This document shows positions 61,776 through 64,000 of a stretch of DNA of 64,000 bases, in pieces. The position numbers and the translations under genes were made by a program. The stretch lies in the NCBI GenBank assembly GCA_040437565.1, contig JBDOQK010000013.1:310001-374000 (forward strand), given 5' to 3'. Under the pieces are notes generated by a model that saw only the letters and a list, made by a program, of their open reading frames with translations, did no database searches and was not told where the DNA came from. The DNA comes from Albugo candida. Its lineage: Eukaryota. Numbering within the stretch: the stretch's first letter is position 1; every line of letters starts with the position of its first letter.

Positions 61776-63896
61776 ATGAATATTTTGCACCCATATTACC
61801 ACATGATTTACTTTTATTTCGCGTGCTCAGGAACTGTACCCAAATACGTGGGTCAGCGGACGTCGCCGATTCGGTTCGAAAGTTTTTCGCACAATATAAC
61901 TATATCCAAACGGCTCGAAATAATACATGAAGAGGGAGCTCGAGTCGAAAAAATCGACTTGGATACAGCTTTGCCGGATGACATACAAAAATCACTCCGT
62001 GAAAGTCGGGTGAAATGGCGAGCTCTTGACGGCTTGGTGCAACTACGCATACTATGGAATTTTGGTTATGTATTTGATGAGAATGGTAGTCTCACGACAG
62101 TATATACTCGATGCGCTGCAAATGGATCAGGAATCGAAATGGATAAAGTAGTTCTCGATTTGCAAGCACAGCAATGGATAGGATGTACAGGAGCTCATGT
62201 CGAGTGTGGTGTCGAGTATATGTCTAGCAATTGCGATCATCACACAATAAAGAATGCCGTACAATGCGGAATCGATTCGACAGACGGGTCACAGACAGCC
62301 TCCGGCGATGTAACACTCTTCGCTCTGGAAGCTCCAAATCGGGACATTCCGCTACCGATTGTACATCACATTTCAATGCAACTTGTATCCATTCATATGT
62401 CTTCTGTACCAGACATTGCATCTGGGTGCTCACATTATCGATTCGCCATTCCGTGTAAAGTGCTCTCGCTCGTTGAGAAGGAGAGAGAAATTGACAAAAA
62501 TTGGTGCCGTCCTAGTTTCAAAAATGATTCCGCAGCACGCCTCTATATCGCCAGTAAGCAAGGAGTAATTCTTCCAGCCGCGAATGCGAAGCAGTACTCG
62601 GTCACGGTGTGGATTCTGATCGCACTACTGGCCCTCATTTCGCTGCTACTTTGTATTCTGAATTGGCAGCGTTTCATTTATATGACATACGTGCGCGAGC
62701 ATTCGAGAGAAACTATCATTCGATGCAATTCGGCGATGGAATCAGCTTTTGCTCGTATCTCGTGGTGGAGAAGACTATCACGAAACCCGTTGGAGTCAAA
62801 GGAAAAAGAAGATCTTCGCCATTTTCAAAAGCATGTCGAATTGAAATCAAATAACCATCTTTCTAACACGTGCTCTTTTCAAAACGTCGGCCCTTCTAGT
62901 GATCTAAGGCCGAATTCAATCGCTTACCGCGATGTGATAACGACATCATCGATTATGCTTTCTTTTGCAGCGGACCCTCTTATCCAACATAAACGTATCC
63001 CTTTTGTAGACATTTCGTTCTTCAATATCATTTGCCAGGGTGCTTCGGGTGAGATATACCAGGGCTGGCTCTATCCAAATGGTATGAATGCGGAAGCTGT
63101 TGCATTAAAAAGACTGATCGCTGCGAAACGCGGGGATCCGCGAGAGATTGAACGATTCGCTTTGGAAATTCAGTTGACAGCATCTTTGAGCCACCCAAAT
63201 ATAGTGAGATATCTTGGCGTTGCATGGAATACGTTCCAACAGCTTGTGATGGTATTGGAATTGAAAAAGGGAGGAGATTTACTTCAAATACTGCAGAAAA
63301 GCGGTGAAGACCTCACTTGGAGTAAGGAGAAGCTGCAAATAGGCATCGGGATTATCCGTGCGATTTTGTATTTGCATTCCCTTGATCGACCAGTGATTCA
63401 TCGTGATATCAAGTCGAAGAATATTCTGATGGATGCAGCTACTCTCGAGCCAGTATTATGTGATTTTGGCCTGAGCTGTAGTATCGACATGTTAGATTTT
63501 CTATCTACCGATCCAGCAGGCACGATTCTTTGGACAGCACCAGAAATCATCAAAGCTCAAGAGTACTCAAGAATGGCCGACATATATTCTTTCGGTATTG
63601 TACTAACCGAGCTTGATACATGTCGTATACCTTTTCACGAAACAAGTTGCCAACAAGGAAGCAGAGGTTGCCAGGGACAATTGCAGGCGATTCGTATCGC
63701 TCATTTAGTTGTCGAAGATCACATCAAGCCAAAGATGAGTGAGGGCTGTCCGGAATTCGTAAAGATTCTTGTGGAACAATGTCTCCACCATGACCCGGAA
63801 TTGCGTCCGACAGCAAAGGTTATCCTCGATACATTGCTTCAAGTTGATCAAAATCTCAAGACGGTGACGCACATAAACTGCAGTAAGAATAGATAA
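61776..63896 (+). CDS. TKL-family receptor-like kinase (Cys-rich ectodomain, single TM, kinase)
   Basis: TM segment VTVWILIALLALISLLLCILNW, then GASGEIY, VALKR, HRDIKSKN, DFG, GTILWTAPE, DIYSFGIVLTEL. Confidence 0.93.
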   Translation: MNILHPYYHMIYFYFACSGTVPKYVGQRTSPIRFESFSHNITISKRLEIIHEEGARVEKIDLDTALPDDIQKSLRESRVKWRALDGLVQLRILWNFGYVFDENGSLTTVYTRCAANGSGIEMDKVVLDLQAQQWIGCTGAHVECGVEYMSSNCDHHTIKNAVQCGIDSTDGSQTASGDVTLFALEAPNRDIPLPIVHHISMQLVSIHMSSVPDIASGCSHYRFAIPCKVLSLVEKEREIDKNWCRPSFKNDSAARLYIASKQGVILPAANAKQYSVTVWILIALLALISLLLCILNWQRFIYMTYVREHSRETIIRCNSAMESAFARISWWRRLSRNPLESKEKEDLRHFQKHVELKSNNHLSNTCSFQNVGPSSDLRPNSIAYRDVITTSSIMLSFAADPLIQHKRIPFVDISFFNIICQGASGEIYQGWLYPNGMNAEAVALKRLIAAKRGDPREIERFALEIQLTASLSHPNIVRYLGVAWNTFQQLVMVLELKKGGDLLQILQKSGEDLTWSKEKLQIGIGIIRAILYLHSLDRPVIHRDIKSKNILMDAATLEPVLCDFGLSCSIDMLDFLSTDPAGTILWTAPEIIKAQEYSRMADIYSFGIVLTELDTCRIPFHETSCQQGSRGCQGQLQAIRIAHLVVEDHIKPKMSEGCPEFVKILVEQCLHHDPELRPTAKVILDTLLQVDQNLKTVTHINCSKNR

Positions 63897-64000
63897 AAGG
63901 ACGTATAAATATGCGAATGCAAGCCGTTTTTTTTTGAGTAACTGCGTATACACTGACATGCGATCGTTTTTGTGCTTTCCATTCTATTATTCTACCTCAG

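Overview
This is eukaryotic, gene-dense DNA with many short (about 40-65 nt) introns and very short intergenic spacers. The gene content (mastigoneme protein, GH81 glucanases, oomycete-type TKL receptor kinase) indicates a flagellated oomycete, and the compactness suggests an Albugo-like genome (inference). About 27 protein-coding genes are supported. They include GSK3, IMP2, FPPS, VPS26C, TTC29, WDR33/Pfs2, two GH81 beta-1,3-glucanases, a mastigoneme protein, CCT7, malic enzyme, ATG18/WIPI3-4, an MFSD1-like transporter, HSF, a CASTOR/POLLUX-type channel, DNAJC7, a JmjC protein and a receptor-like kinase. Two intron-split genes are invisible to the ORF track: a stand-alone SWIB protein (49792-50094) and Rab2 (57762-58683). 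Nine 100-N gaps are present, and six have exact flanking duplications that are probably assembly artefacts. No multi-gene novel system is evident. The most interesting objects are single-gene architectures: WDR33 fused to three Mpe1/RBBP6-like zinc knuckles, an apparently P-loop-dead GBP-like protein with a PH domain, a plant-symbiosis-type CASTOR/POLLUX channel, and a large protein built from tandem modules that may be transposase-derived. All family assignments come from motif recognition, not database searches.
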